Shown here: positions 20,500 through 31,049 of the stretch, in pieces
Layout of the letters: each line of letters starts with the position of its first letter
Numbering within the stretch: the stretch's first letter is position 1
Source: Candidatus Poribacteria bacterium
GTDB lineage: Bacteria; Poribacteria; WGA-4E; WGA-3G
Direction of reading: 5' to 3'
Assembly: GCA_028824125.1 (NCBI GenBank)
Contig: JAPPES010000036.1
Span: 15,476 to 79,475 of the forward strand
DNA: 64,000 nucleotides
The notes under the pieces: model-generated
Seen by the model: only the letters and a program-made list of their open reading frames with translations
What the model was told of the DNA's origin: nothing
Database searches by the model: none
Position numbers and translations under genes: made by a program

Positions 20500-23400
20500 C
20501 ACTTAAGTTGGGTTGCGTCAAGCGTAATTTCCCATAACAGCAACGTGTCATCTCTACTTCCGCTTACGAGCGTTTTTCCATCCGGACTAAACGCGACATT
20601 CGTAACCTTGTCTGTATGCCCCACAAGGACAAGGATTTGTTGGATTGGACTTGTCTGCGTATTATACAGATAGATGGTGTTATCCGCGTTTCCACTTGCC
20701 AGTATTTTTCCATCTGGACTGAACGCCACGCTTAAAACTTCATTCAGATGCTCTACGGTTTTGAGGAGTTCCGCTGTTTGCACATCCCACACACGGATAG
20801 TGCCATCATGGCTCCCGCTTGTGAGTGTTTTTCCATCCGGACTGAACGCCACACTAAAGACAACACCCGTATGTCCTGTAAAGGTTTTCAGAAGTTCACT
20901 TGTCTGCACATCCCATAAACGGACGGTCGTATCTTTACTCCCACTTGCGAGCGTTTTTCCATCCGGACTGAACGCCACGCTCATAATCCAGTCGGTATGC
21001 CCTGAGAAAGTTTCGCGGAGTTCACCTGTCTGCACATCATACAAATGGAGGGTTTTATCCCAACTTGCACTTGCCAGGGTGTTACCATCTGGACTGAACG
21101 CTAAACTTGTGACAGTGTCTTTATGTCCTGTGAGTGTTTTGCGGGGTTTGCCAGTCTGGGCATCCCATAGACGGATAGCGCGAGCATAACCGCTGCTTGC
21201 CAGTGTTTTATTGTCGAAACTGAACGCTAAGCACGTGATCCCCGATTCACGTTGATCTTTAAGTGTCCGGTGAAGTGCGCCTGTCTGTGCATCCCATACA
21301 CGGATGATGTCATCATCAATAGAATTTACCAACATTTTTCCATCCGGGCTGAACACCACGCTTAAAACTTCGTTCATATACCCTTTAAGCGTTTTTTGAC
21401 GTTTGCCAGTTTGCGTATCCCACACGCGAATAGTCGTATCATAACTCCCAGTAGCGAGTGTTTTTCCATCCGGACTGAATACCACGTTAAGGACATCGTG
21501 CGTATGTCCTATAAGGATTCGGCGGCGTTCACCTGTTTGTGCATCCCATAAACGGACAGTGCCTTCATTCATTGCACTTGCCAGCGTTTTTCCATCCGGA
21601 CTGAACGCCATTTCATAGACAACGTCCCTTTCTTGTCCTTTGAGCGTTTTTTGGAGTTTTCCTGTCTGTACGTTCCACAAACGGATGGGGGTATCCCAAC
21701 CCCAAGCCCAAGTAGCGAGTGTTTTTCCATCCGGACTGAACGCCATTTCCAAAATCTCCTCCGTATGCTCAAGGTCAAAGGTTTTTCGGACTTCGCCTGT
21801 CTGCGTATCCCACAATCGGATAGAATTATCTCTACTTGCACTTGCCAACGTAGTGCCATCCCCACTGAGCCAAATACTAAAAATCCTATCTGTATGCCCC
21901 TCAAGAGTTGTATGGCTTTTGCCTGTCTGCGTAGCCCACAGTCGTATTGTGTTATTTCTACTGGCACTTGCCAGCATTTTGCCATCCCCACTAAAGACCA
22001 CGTTCGTGATCAGGGACATATTGTCTGTCATCGTCCGAAGATGTGTGCTGGTGCGCGTATCCCACAAGCGTATGCTGCCATCATCACTCCCACTTGCCAA
22101 TATGTTTCCATTTGGATTGAATGCTATGCTCTGGACCCAGTCCGTATGTTCTGTTAGCAGGTCAAGTTCTTTTCCGCTGTCTGAATCATAGATCCACACG
22201 CCAATTGAACTTGCAACAGCGAGCTGCTTACCATTCGGGGAATACGCAATTTTATTTATCCCTCCTTTACCAAGACGGACTTTAGCACCTTCGGGTAAGT
22301 GCCATTGCTGTGAATCTGGAGCATCTTTATCCGAGACCTCCTGCACAGCCACATTGTTCTTATTCTGCACATGAGAACTTGCAGGCTGCGTCTGGAAATT
22401 CGGTTGAGTTTCGAGGTCACCCACTGTGCGCGAGTGACCGACACTGTAATCTAAAACTAATGTATCAGCAGATAAATCTAAACGAAGCAACTTACTCACA
22501 TCGGTATTTAGCTGACACTGTTTCGTGAGAAATACGTCTTTGAATAGGACATTCTCTCCATTCTGTTTTTCCGAAGATTCTTTTGGAACAATAGACTTCT
22601 CAATTCTCTTAGGAAACCAGACATCTGGCAAGTATTCGTGATACTCAATTTTTCGGGTATTGATATAGGTTACACCCGCTTTGAAGGGACTCCATCCCAG
22701 CGGATCATCTGGTTCAATGTACTCTCTTTCTGATTTAACCAAACGGAAACCTTTGTCATGTGAAATCCAAAGTTTATAGTGCTGAGGAGATATTTCGTGA
22801 TCTCCAATGGTCCGAGCAGGTTTTGTTAGACGAATAACGGTTGTCTTTTCGCCATCCAATACCTCGCTTCCGATAATTTCACTTTCATGTTTTTCAAGCA
22901 ATTGCCAAAGCGGTTGCGATAGATAGGTATTGTCTGATACATTATTTGGAAAGGTGAGCCATAACCTCGGATCTTGGTCAACAGGCATGATCGCCCAATG
23001 CGGTCGAACAGCATATCCAACATTGTGTTTATAAACTTCCACCATTGTCTCTCCTACAAAAAGGACAAAGTAGGTTTTATCTTTCTCAATGACTCTGTAG
23101 CTGTTCTGTAACTCGCCTTTGACAATGCGCGCATCGTCAGCAATTTCAATGCCTACCTGTTTGAACGCTTGTTGGATCTTCTTTAGGACTGTAATCTCCT
23201 TGTTCAGTTTAATCTCAGCTTTGAAAAGAAGATTATCTGGTGAAGATACCTCCCAGTGTTGTTTTCCATCCCAATACTGAATTAGACCGAAACCTCCTGC
23301 TCCTCCATCTACCCGAACTTTCTCACCTTCAAATGTCAATTTATATTCATTTTTTTTGATCTTCGGCTCTATATTACGTTCAATGCTCAAATTACCTGGT

Positions 23401-24428
23401 GGAATTGGATTTCCACTAATCTTATAATTTCTATGACGTTCAATGATGAAATCACCAGTTACGGAGGTAACAGCATTATCGTAGTGCTTTATCTTAGCGA
23501 TAATCGTGTCTAAGTCAAGCGAAGCGGCGTCATCGGTTTGTTTGCCAGCTCCATTGTTCTTACCCGATGCATCGGGACTTTCAAGCTGCGTTCGTACATC
23601 CGGTTTTACATTAAGATTCTCCACAATAGGTACATCAATGAGTTCAACTACCATCTCAGCTTGTGCATCCAAACTATACGGTTTCTGGAAACGTACCAAG
23701 TATTGACTACTGATACCAAGCATCAATACAATCAATATTAAACTTGATGCCCCAATGACCCATGGTACCAAGGGTTTACCACCAGAAGGCGCGGCAGGTT
23801 TAAGTCGTGCGACTTCTCGCATAATATTATCGGTTAGGTTCGGTGAGATTTGGTAATTCTCTAAAGCTTCTCTTATCATTGTTTCCTCCTTTTGTAAACG
23901 TTGTCTGGCACGGTAAAGCCGATTCTTAATCGCACTTACCGATACACCTAAAAACTTGCTTATCTCTTCATACGTCATTCCCCCGAGGTAGTAGAGCGTG
24001 ATGACCGTGCGGTCACTCTCTTGTAGTTTTGCAAGCAACTTTTTAACGACTTCACGCTGTGCTTCTACTGATGCTCGTTCGTTTTCCGCAATGACATAAT
24101 TGGAATAAGTTGCCTTTTCCAACTCTGCATCGCAGGTGTGTTCCAAGGACTGTGTTCGCATACGTTTCTGACGAAGCCATGCCTTGCAACGGTTCGACGC
24201 TATCACATAGAGCCAACTTGCAAAAGACTGTGATTCCTTCAGCGTTGATAGTTTCTGATGCGCTTTCAGGAATGTTTCCTGTGTGATGTCCTCAGCAATG
24301 TGGAAATCTCCAATTTTCCGCCACGCTAACGCGTGAACCGACTTCTGATATTTTCTTACAAGCGCGGAGAACGCAGTATCATCACCATCAAGGATACGTT
24401 GGATGAGTTCAACATCAGCATTTTTCAT
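20499..24428 (-). CDS. ECF sigma factor domain - TM helix - ~400 aa middle domain - double WD40 propeller fusion protein (1309 aa)
   Basis: The N-terminus is MKNADVELIQRILDGDDTAF, with sigma region 2 (HALAWRKIGDFHIAEDITQETFL) and region 4 (DRTVITLYYLGGMTYEEISKFLGVSVSAIKNRLYRARQRL). The TM helix is LVPWVIGASSLILIVLMLGI. The C-terminus carries about 14 WD repeats. Confidence 0.8.
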   Translation of the reverse strand: MKNADVELIQRILDGDDTAFSALVRKYQKSVHALAWRKIGDFHIAEDITQETFLKAHQKLSTLKESQSFASWLYVIASNRCKAWLRQKRMRTQSLEHTCDAELEKATYSNYVIAENERASVEAQREVVKKLLAKLQESDRTVITLYYLGGMTYEEISKFLGVSVSAIKNRLYRARQRLQKEETMIREALENYQISPNLTDNIMREVARLKPAAPSGGKPLVPWVIGASSLILIVLMLGISSQYLVRFQKPYSLDAQAEMVVELIDVPIVENLNVKPDVRTQLESPDASGKNNGAGKQTDDAASLDLDTIIAKIKHYDNAVTSVTGDFIIERHRNYKISGNPIPPGNLSIERNIEPKIKKNEYKLTFEGEKVRVDGGAGGFGLIQYWDGKQHWEVSSPDNLLFKAEIKLNKEITVLKKIQQAFKQVGIEIADDARIVKGELQNSYRVIEKDKTYFVLFVGETMVEVYKHNVGYAVRPHWAIMPVDQDPRLWLTFPNNVSDNTYLSQPLWQLLEKHESEIIGSEVLDGEKTTVIRLTKPARTIGDHEISPQHYKLWISHDKGFRLVKSEREYIEPDDPLGWSPFKAGVTYINTRKIEYHEYLPDVWFPKRIEKSIVPKESSEKQNGENVLFKDVFLTKQCQLNTDVSKLLRLDLSADTLVLDYSVGHSRTVGDLETQPNFQTQPASSHVQNKNNVAVQEVSDKDAPDSQQWHLPEGAKVRLGKGGINKIAYSPNGKQLAVASSIGVWIYDSDSGKELDLLTEHTDWVQSIAFNPNGNILASGSDDGSIRLWDTRTSTHLRTMTDNMSLITNVVFSGDGKMLASASRNNTIRLWATQTGKSHTTLEGHTDRIFSIWLSGDGTTLASASRDNSIRLWDTQTGEVRKTFDLEHTEEILEMAFSPDGKTLATWAWGWDTPIRLWNVQTGKLQKTLKGQERDVVYEMAFSPDGKTLASAMNEGTVRLWDAQTGERRRILIGHTHDVLNVVFSPDGKTLATGSYDTTIRVWDTQTGKRQKTLKGYMNEVLSVVFSPDGKMLVNSIDDDIIRVWDAQTGALHRTLKDQRESGITCLAFSFDNKTLASSGYARAIRLWDAQTGKPRKTLTGHKDTVTSLAFSPDGNTLASASWDKTLHLYDVQTGELRETFSGHTDWIMSVAFSPDGKTLASGSKDTTVRLWDVQTSELLKTFTGHTGVVFSVAFSPDGKTLTSGSHDGTIRVWDVQTAELLKTVEHLNEVLSVAFSPDGKILASGNADNTIYLYNTQTSPIQQILVLVGHTDKVTNVAFSPDGKTLVSGSRDDTLLLWEITLDATQLK

Positions 24429-24469
24429 TGGTCACCTCTGGAAATGAAAAGTTCATCATTTCACATCAA

Positions 24470-24520
24470 CATATAGTGACGCGACTTGAAGCGAAAAAGT
24501 CTCAAGTTTTTTCAAAAAAG
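24470..24520 (-). promoter_or_regulatory. candidate ECF-type promoter element (CGCGTCACTAT) upstream of 20499..24428
   Basis: The rc sequence aagtCGCGTCACtatatg lies about 45 nt upstream of the ATG. The motif is shared with the other three paralog upstream regions. Confidence 0.4.
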
Positions 24521-24624
24521 AGGAAAGAGGGGATAATGTTCAATTATTATACCATTATCCTCTCTTTTTTCATATTTGTATAAATACTACGTTGTTAGTG
24601 TCTTCAACATTTAGGATAGAGTGT

Positions 24625-24762
24625 TATAGTGAAATCTGTAATTATTTACACACGACGGTAGGTTCGGTTTCCTAACCGAACCTGTGTTTATCCAGCCTCA
24701 TAGATGCGGTTAGAAACCGCATCTACCAGGGAGTGTGCATATATTTTTAGATACCACTATAA
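24625..24762. repeat. MITE family A copy (terminal inverted repeat TATAGTGAAATC ... GATACCACTATA)
   Basis: Terminal inverted repeats flank internal hairpins (ggtaggttcggtttcctaaccgaacc and gcggttagaaaccgc). Paralogous copies are at 47121..47248, 50795..50908 and 52745..52889. Confidence 0.65.
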
Positions 24763-24812
24763 AGGAGATAGGAAGGGATTGGTTGCATTGGATACCTATT
24801 AGATAAGGTAGA

Positions 24813-27800
24813 TTATTGTTCAAGATTATAATGAAGCATACCGTTGTTTTGTGTACCTACGTATAACGTGCTCCCATCAACCACAAGAGAAGTTACACCA
24901 TCCGGAATCTCTGAAATAATCTTTTCCCATACACCGCTTTCCAAACGATAGATACCTGTCCCTTTGGTAACACCATAAACCGTTGTGCCATCAGCAGCCA
25001 AGCGTTCCATAATGAGATTCGTTCCCTCTGCATCGGTGATTGCACGCCATTTTATTCCATTATCTGACACAGTTACACCAGCGTCTGTTGCTACATACAC
25101 CGTGGAACCCGCAAACATAATCTCTTTGAAAGTTTCAACAGGAAATGGCAGCGCTGAGGTAAGATCGATCCAACTCCGATTATTTCCTCTATCATAAGAT
25201 ACAACGAGATGACCGTCCCGTTTGCCGACGTAGACGGTGTCCCCTGAAACAGCAAGTTTGAGCTCTTTTTCTATTATTTTCCGAGACAATCTAACGGTTT
25301 CTTCTTGTCCGGTGTCGTACCATTCAGTATCACCAGGTTCCCATCGGAGGAGTTTAAAGTTGTATTCTAAATAAAACGTATCGCCACTGACTGCAAACGG
25401 TCCCTTTAACCCAGATTCGTAAAGAGGGTCTTGGTATAATCGGCGAAAGTTTTTGTGTATGGAACCCATTTGAGCCAACTGTTTAAAGAACTGGTTTGCA
25501 CCTACAGAACTTTCTTGCAACTGTTCAAAGTAGGGCTTATCTGATCCTTTAGCAGGTTGTCGATAATGCAGTAAGTTGTATAGTGACGATGATCTAAAGA
25601 CTGGCATGCCTTTAATTGGTACTAACGTATTGCGATCCTCAGAAATCCGATACAGACTCATGAGGGCATCACTGGTAGGTCCTCGACTTTTCGCATATAG
25701 CACGCCATCAGACTCTGCTATCCGAGTAAAAGAAGGTATATGTTCTTGAATTTGTATTTCTGGGTTCACCACACGCCAAGATTGTCCCTTATCACTGGAT
25801 TTAAATACCCATTTACTTCCCATACTTCCAGAGAACATTGCATAGATGTAGTTAGATATGTTTTGTTCTTTATTCGTCTTGACACAGATTAGGTCGATAA
25901 TACTGCTTTCCAACCCTGTATAAAACCTTGTCCACGATAAACCTCCATCAATTGAGCGATATATTCCGGATTCCCCTTGTAAATATAATGTGTTTTCGTT
26001 TAACACTACTGCATTGTGAACACTATAAGGCATCAGTGAAATATCGCTGGTTTTTTCAAGTGTCCATGTGTTACCGTTGTCAATAGAGCGAATCACCGCA
26101 GCACCACGCCACCCTATTAATAATAATGTGTTTTTCACTGCGACCAGAGTTGCATGAGGTTCTTTGTCAAACGGTTCAGGCCCCATAATGGGCAATGCGT
26201 TTGTTGGTGTAATATTCGTCCATGACTGTCCTTTATCAGTTGATCGAAAAAGCCACCAGGTCCGCTCCTGCGGCCCAACATTTTTCCAATCCCATTCTCC
26301 CAATACATAAAGATGGTTTTCAGTTCCCACAAACGAAACGATTTTTTTAGCTTCATTTACCGGAAATTGCAAACGTTGCCAACTACCACCGTCAAGGTGA
26401 TATAGACCTGTGCTTGTTGCAGCAAATAGCGTGTTTTGAATTACCTTCAATGTGCTCACTTCCCCTGTCAATCCCTCGCCAACAACATTCCAGGTTTTTC
26501 CAATATTCTCAGATACGAAAATCTCATGTTCAAGGGCAAGATAAAACCTATCGTCCAACACCTCAAATCCGTTAACCCATCCTGCTGGACATTTACCAAA
26601 TGAAACCCAGGTTTCTCCATCATCCAATGAACCATATAGTTCATTGGAGTATTGACGACCATCAAGAGTGAGAACAATATAGATCATATCGTTTGACTTC
26701 ACCATAGAGACTGCATCATACAGAGTATCTGGTAGTAGTGAACTAATATCACATACAGGTTGCCATTCAGTTCCATCAACTGGTAGTTTATACAGTATAT
26801 CTTCCCAGCCTTCATCATATACAATATAGATTTCTCCCTCGGGTGTAGGGAGTAACGTCATCAATTCTCCTGAACCTACTGGACTGTTTTCCTGAATCCA
26901 CTGCTGTTTCGGGGCAGAAACGCCTTTTTCATCCGACTGCACCGCAGCCAGTAATACCTCATCCGGTTTCTGACCATCATTATTGTTTTTGCCAAGTGTA
27001 TTTGCACTCCCAAGTTGATTTTGGATATCTGGTTCTACCTCAAGATTTTGTACAATAGGAGCATTAATAAGCTCAACTTTCATCTCAGTTTGCGCATCCA
27101 AACTATAGGGTTGTTGAAAACGGACTAAGTATTGACTCCCTATACCAAGCATTAACACAATCAAAACTACACTGGATGCAGCGGCTATCCACGGCACAAG
27201 CGGTTTGCTGACGGAAGGCGTAGGTTTAAGTCGTGCGACTTCTCGCATAATGTTATCAGTTAGGTTCGGTGAAATTTGGAAATGGTCGAGTGCTTCTCTA
27301 ATCATCGTTTCCTCCTTTTGTAAACGTTGTCTGGCACGTCTCAGACGACTTTTTATTGTGCTTCCCGATACGCCTAAAAATCGGCTAATCTCCTCAACCG
27401 TCATCTCACCGAGATAATGGAGCGTCATTACCGTACGTTCGCTTTCTTTTAATTTCGCGAGCAGCGTTTTGACCACTTCACGTTGTGTCTCCGCAGCAGT
27501 TGTTGCGCGATCTGCTGTGACATGTTGTGAATAAGCATCTTTCGGTGTCATCGTTGTTTCTGCGTCCTCCAACGGTTGTGTCCGTATCCGTTTTTTGCGG
27601 ATCCATGTGTTGCATAGGTTTGTCGTAATCACGTAGAGCCACCCAGAAAACTGATTCGGATCTTTCAGCGTATGGAGTCTCTGATACACTTTCAGGAAAG
27701 TGTCTTGGGTAATGTCCTCGGCGATGTGGAAATCCCCAACTTTTCGCCATGCCAGCGCGTGAACCGGCTTCTGATACTTTTTTACCAACTCAGTGAAAGC

Positions 27801-27854
27801 GGTTTCATCGTCTGCAAGAATTCGGTGAATAAGTGCAACATCGTCTTTTTTCAT
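24813..27854 (-). CDS. ECF sigma factor domain - TM helix - BNR/Asp-box repeat beta-propeller fusion protein (1013 aa)
   Basis: Sigma regions 2 and 4 are present (HALAWRKVGDFHIAEDITQDTFL; ERTVMTLHYLGEMTVEEISRFLGVSGSTIKSRLRRARQRL). The TM helix is LVPWIAAASSVVLIVLMLGI. The C-terminus carries multiple SxDxGxTW motifs (SLDDGETW, STDKGQSW, SIDNGNTW, SIDGGLSW, SSDKGQSW). Confidence 0.8.
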   Translation of the reverse strand: MKKDDVALIHRILADDETAFTELVKKYQKPVHALAWRKVGDFHIAEDITQDTFLKVYQRLHTLKDPNQFSGWLYVITTNLCNTWIRKKRIRTQPLEDAETTMTPKDAYSQHVTADRATTAAETQREVVKTLLAKLKESERTVMTLHYLGEMTVEEISRFLGVSGSTIKSRLRRARQRLQKEETMIREALDHFQISPNLTDNIMREVARLKPTPSVSKPLVPWIAAASSVVLIVLMLGIGSQYLVRFQQPYSLDAQTEMKVELINAPIVQNLEVEPDIQNQLGSANTLGKNNNDGQKPDEVLLAAVQSDEKGVSAPKQQWIQENSPVGSGELMTLLPTPEGEIYIVYDEGWEDILYKLPVDGTEWQPVCDISSLLPDTLYDAVSMVKSNDMIYIVLTLDGRQYSNELYGSLDDGETWVSFGKCPAGWVNGFEVLDDRFYLALEHEIFVSENIGKTWNVVGEGLTGEVSTLKVIQNTLFAATSTGLYHLDGGSWQRLQFPVNEAKKIVSFVGTENHLYVLGEWDWKNVGPQERTWWLFRSTDKGQSWTNITPTNALPIMGPEPFDKEPHATLVAVKNTLLLIGWRGAAVIRSIDNGNTWTLEKTSDISLMPYSVHNAVVLNENTLYLQGESGIYRSIDGGLSWTRFYTGLESSIIDLICVKTNKEQNISNYIYAMFSGSMGSKWVFKSSDKGQSWRVVNPEIQIQEHIPSFTRIAESDGVLYAKSRGPTSDALMSLYRISEDRNTLVPIKGMPVFRSSSLYNLLHYRQPAKGSDKPYFEQLQESSVGANQFFKQLAQMGSIHKNFRRLYQDPLYESGLKGPFAVSGDTFYLEYNFKLLRWEPGDTEWYDTGQEETVRLSRKIIEKELKLAVSGDTVYVGKRDGHLVVSYDRGNNRSWIDLTSALPFPVETFKEIMFAGSTVYVATDAGVTVSDNGIKWRAITDAEGTNLIMERLAADGTTVYGVTKGTGIYRLESGVWEKIISEIPDGVTSLVVDGSTLYVGTQNNGMLHYNLEQ

Positions 27855-27894
27855 CAGGCGTCTCCAAAAAGTGATTACTTGATTAATAACATAT

Positions 27895-27945
27895 CAACCT
27901 ATAGTGACGCAAGTTAGGGACAAAACGGTTGCTTAATTCTGCAAA
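27895..27945 (-). promoter_or_regulatory. candidate ECF-type promoter element upstream of 24813..27854
   Basis: The rc sequence tgcagaattaaGCAACCgttttgtccctaacttGCGTCACtatagg is nearly identical to the element at 31050..31100. Confidence 0.45.
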
Positions 27946-27974
27946 AAAGAGAATTTGGAAGGGAAGAGAAAAAA

Positions 27975-28012
27975 AGAAAAAGGGCGGTATTTAGCACCGC
28001 CCAGGCAAAATA
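27975..28012 (-). terminator. Rho-independent terminator after the 28025..31012 gene
   Basis: On the minus strand, the hairpin gggcggtgctaaataccgccc is followed by ttttttcttttttt. Confidence 0.7.
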
Positions 28013-28024
28013 TAAAAACGAAAT

Positions 28025-31012
28025 TTATTCTTTTTCAAGATTATAATGAAGCATACCGTTGTTTTCTGTGCCTACGTACAAAGTGCTCCCATCAACAGCA
28101 AGAGAAGTTACGCTATCAGGTATCTCTGAGACAATCTGCTCCCAAGTGCCGCTTTCCAAGCGATGGATACCTGTCTTCTCGGTAACGCCATAAACCGTTG
28201 TGCCGTCAATAGCCAAATGTTCCATGATGAGGTGTGATCCTACTGTGTCTGTTATAGCATGCCAATGTTTTCCATTATCTGATGTAGCAACACCTACGTC
28301 TGTTGCTACATACACCGTGGAACCAGCAAACAAGATCTCTTTGAAATTTTTAAGGGGTGTGGGAAACATAAAGTCCACGGGAATATCTTTCCAATTATTT
28401 CCGGCATCAAGTGATTGAACAAACCGCCCATCCCGTTTGCCAACGTAGACAGTGTTGCCTGATACCGCAAGTTTGAGGTCTTTCCGCGCTATGTCCGAAG
28501 CCAACTCAACAGTTTCTTCCACACCGGTGTCGGACCACTCAGTGTCACCGTGTTTCCATTTAAAGAGTTTAAAGTTGTACTCCATATAGAACGTGTCGCC
28601 ACTAACAGAAAAGGGCCCGCGGAGTCCAGCTTGGATAAGTTGAGGTAGCCATCTTAGATTGCCTACCTCAAACTGTTTGAAAAATTGGATTGCCCCTGAC
28701 GAATTTACTTGCAACTGTGCAAGAGTTAGTTTATCTTGTAATTCGAATGGCAATACTCTTTTTTGAGATAATAGTTGATACAACTCACTGGAGTTAAAAA
28801 TAGGTATACTTTCAATCGGCTTTAGTGTATTATCACTTTCAGATACACTATAGATAAGTGTTTTTTCATCAGAATCATCTATACCTTTGGCATGAAGAAC
28901 ACTACCAGATTTAACTATATGGGTGATGTGCGGTGGCTCGTTACCATGGGGTGTTGTTATTGGTTTTCCCATTTGAACGAAATCCCAAGACTTGCCTCTG
29001 TCAATAGTTTTTACAATTTTGCCATCAACTATTCCGTAGAGGGCTGCTGAAGTGTTTAGTCTTTTATCGAATTCTTGATAGAGAATTAGGCTATCCGCTT
29101 GATTTCCTCGGCTGAAATTCACTATGTGCCATGACTTGCCACTATCAGTGGAACGATGGAGACCATCGTCACTACCGACATAAATAGTATTTGTGTTAAT
29201 TACCACAGCAGGATTTTTACTATCCATTTGCGGTGAGGTTCCTGCTAATTGTGGCGGCATCCATGTATTTCCGCCATTGGTGGAGCGTACCATACCTTTT
29301 TCCATTACTAAGAGAGTATCACCGGCAGCAATCAGTTTAGCCCCAGCGATGAAATCTTTTACTGCCCAAGCGTTTGTTGGAGTTATATCTTCCCACGAAT
29401 TCCCAAGGTCACTTGATCGAAATATTCCCCAACTACGCTGCAGTCCACGGGACACTTTTCGAGGGTCAAGAACATCCCAGCTGAATCCAGCTAAAACATA
29501 AAACTTATCTTCAGTTGCTGCAACTGATTGAATTCCTTCAACAGACATTGGAAATTCCAAGCGTTTCCAACCGTCATCGCTGTAACGGTAAAGACCATTA
29601 CTTGTTCCAGCAAAAAGGGTGTTTTGGATATTGACTAAAGCATTAATTCCTGTCAATCCATCATTAATACTCTTCCAAGTTTTGCCTATATCTTCCGAAC
29701 GAAAAATATCGTTTTCAAAAGCCATGTAAAACGCTTGTTCTGTTAGAATTAATTCTATGGAATTCCAATATTTTTCGCTATCCCATGAGTAAAGTAAGTT
29801 CCATGATTTGCCATCATCTTTTGAAGCGAAAAGTTCACTTGATTGTGTATAATACAGTGTATCTTCCCACTTCACGATAAGGAGTTGGACTCCTATGCTG
29901 GAATGTGGCAATGTCCAAATGTCAAAGATGTGTTGCCACGTTTCCGTTTTTGCAGGCAATTTGTATATCTCTCCCTTAGTATAAGTATAGAGATCGCCTT
30001 CGGGTGTTGCAAGGAAACTATTCACAGTGCTCCCTGTAAGAGGAGTAGACTGAATCCACTCCTGTTTGGGAACAGAAACATCTTCTCCTTCCGCCTGTGC
30101 GGTGGCTAATAATATTTCATCGGGTTTCTGTCCATTGTTATCGCTTTCACCAAGTACGTTTGAATTCCCAAGTTCACGACGTACATCCGGTTTCACTTCA
30201 AGATTTTGCACAATAGGGGCGTCAACGAGTTCAACGGTCATTTCAGTCTGTGCATCTAAACTATAAGGTTGCTGAAAACGCGCGAAGTATTTGCTGCCTA
30301 ACCCAAGCATTAACACAATCAAAACAACACTGGATGCAGCGGCTATCCATGGCACAAGCGGTTTGCTGACGGAAGGCGTAGGTTTAAGTCGTGCGATTTC
30401 CCGCATGATGTTATCAGTCAAGTTAGGTGAAATTTGGAAATGGTCGAGTGCCTCTCTAATCATTGTTTCCTCCTTTTGTAAGCGGTGCCGCGCACGTTGT
30501 AGTCGGCTCTTAATTGTTCCTGCAGAAACCCCTAAAAACTTGCTAATCTCTTCGACTGTCATCTCACCGAGGTAGTGGAGTGTCATCACCGTGCGTTCGC
30601 TCTCCTTCAACTTTGCGAGGAGTCTCTTAACCACTTCGCGTTGTGCTTCAACAGCGGTTTGAGCACGTTGTTCTACGACATGTCGGGAATAAGCATCTCT
30701 TTGTCCCATAGTTGTCTCTGCGTCCTCCAACGGTTGTGTCCGTATCCGTTTTTTGCGGAGCCAAGCGTAGCATCGGCGCGTCGCAATCACATAGAGCCAC
30801 CCAGAAAACTGGTTTGGATCTTTCAGGGTGTGAAGTCTCTGATATACTTTCAGGAAGGTATCCTGTGTAATCTCTTCGGCGATGTGGAAATCCCCAACTT
30901 TTCGCCAAGCCAGCGCGTGAACCGGCTTTTGATATTTTGTCACAAGTTCAACGAAAGCGTTTTCATCACCAGCAAGAATCTGTTGGATCAGTTCAACATC
31001 GTTGTTTTTCAT
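28025..31012 (-). CDS. ECF sigma factor domain - TM helix - BNR/Asp-box repeat beta-propeller fusion protein (995 aa)
   Basis: This is a paralog of 24813..27854 with the same N-terminal sigma and TM architecture. Its BNR motifs include SKDDGKSW, SEDIGKTW, SSDLGNSW, STNGGNTW, STDSGKSW and TIDRGKSW. Confidence 0.8.
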   Translation of the reverse strand: MKNNDVELIQQILAGDENAFVELVTKYQKPVHALAWRKVGDFHIAEEITQDTFLKVYQRLHTLKDPNQFSGWLYVIATRRCYAWLRKKRIRTQPLEDAETTMGQRDAYSRHVVEQRAQTAVEAQREVVKRLLAKLKESERTVMTLHYLGEMTVEEISKFLGVSAGTIKSRLQRARHRLQKEETMIREALDHFQISPNLTDNIMREIARLKPTPSVSKPLVPWIAAASSVVLIVLMLGLGSKYFARFQQPYSLDAQTEMTVELVDAPIVQNLEVKPDVRRELGNSNVLGESDNNGQKPDEILLATAQAEGEDVSVPKQEWIQSTPLTGSTVNSFLATPEGDLYTYTKGEIYKLPAKTETWQHIFDIWTLPHSSIGVQLLIVKWEDTLYYTQSSELFASKDDGKSWNLLYSWDSEKYWNSIELILTEQAFYMAFENDIFRSEDIGKTWKSINDGLTGINALVNIQNTLFAGTSNGLYRYSDDGWKRLEFPMSVEGIQSVAATEDKFYVLAGFSWDVLDPRKVSRGLQRSWGIFRSSDLGNSWEDITPTNAWAVKDFIAGAKLIAAGDTLLVMEKGMVRSTNGGNTWMPPQLAGTSPQMDSKNPAVVINTNTIYVGSDDGLHRSTDSGKSWHIVNFSRGNQADSLILYQEFDKRLNTSAALYGIVDGKIVKTIDRGKSWDFVQMGKPITTPHGNEPPHITHIVKSGSVLHAKGIDDSDEKTLIYSVSESDNTLKPIESIPIFNSSELYQLLSQKRVLPFELQDKLTLAQLQVNSSGAIQFFKQFEVGNLRWLPQLIQAGLRGPFSVSGDTFYMEYNFKLFKWKHGDTEWSDTGVEETVELASDIARKDLKLAVSGNTVYVGKRDGRFVQSLDAGNNWKDIPVDFMFPTPLKNFKEILFAGSTVYVATDVGVATSDNGKHWHAITDTVGSHLIMEHLAIDGTTVYGVTEKTGIHRLESGTWEQIVSEIPDSVTSLAVDGSTLYVGTENNGMLHYNLEKE

Positions 31013-31049
31013 CAGGTGCCTCCCGAAAGGATAGGTTCAATTTGTCATA

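Noticed and set aside
20674-22191. Long plus-strand ORFs (171-183 aa) with the repetitive peptide VFPSGLNATLKT inside the region 20.6-22.2 kb
   Set aside because: They are antisense to the WD40 repeat region of the 1309 aa minus-strand gene. The periodic WD40 codon pattern produces open, repetitive antisense frames. They have no independent start or RBS context.
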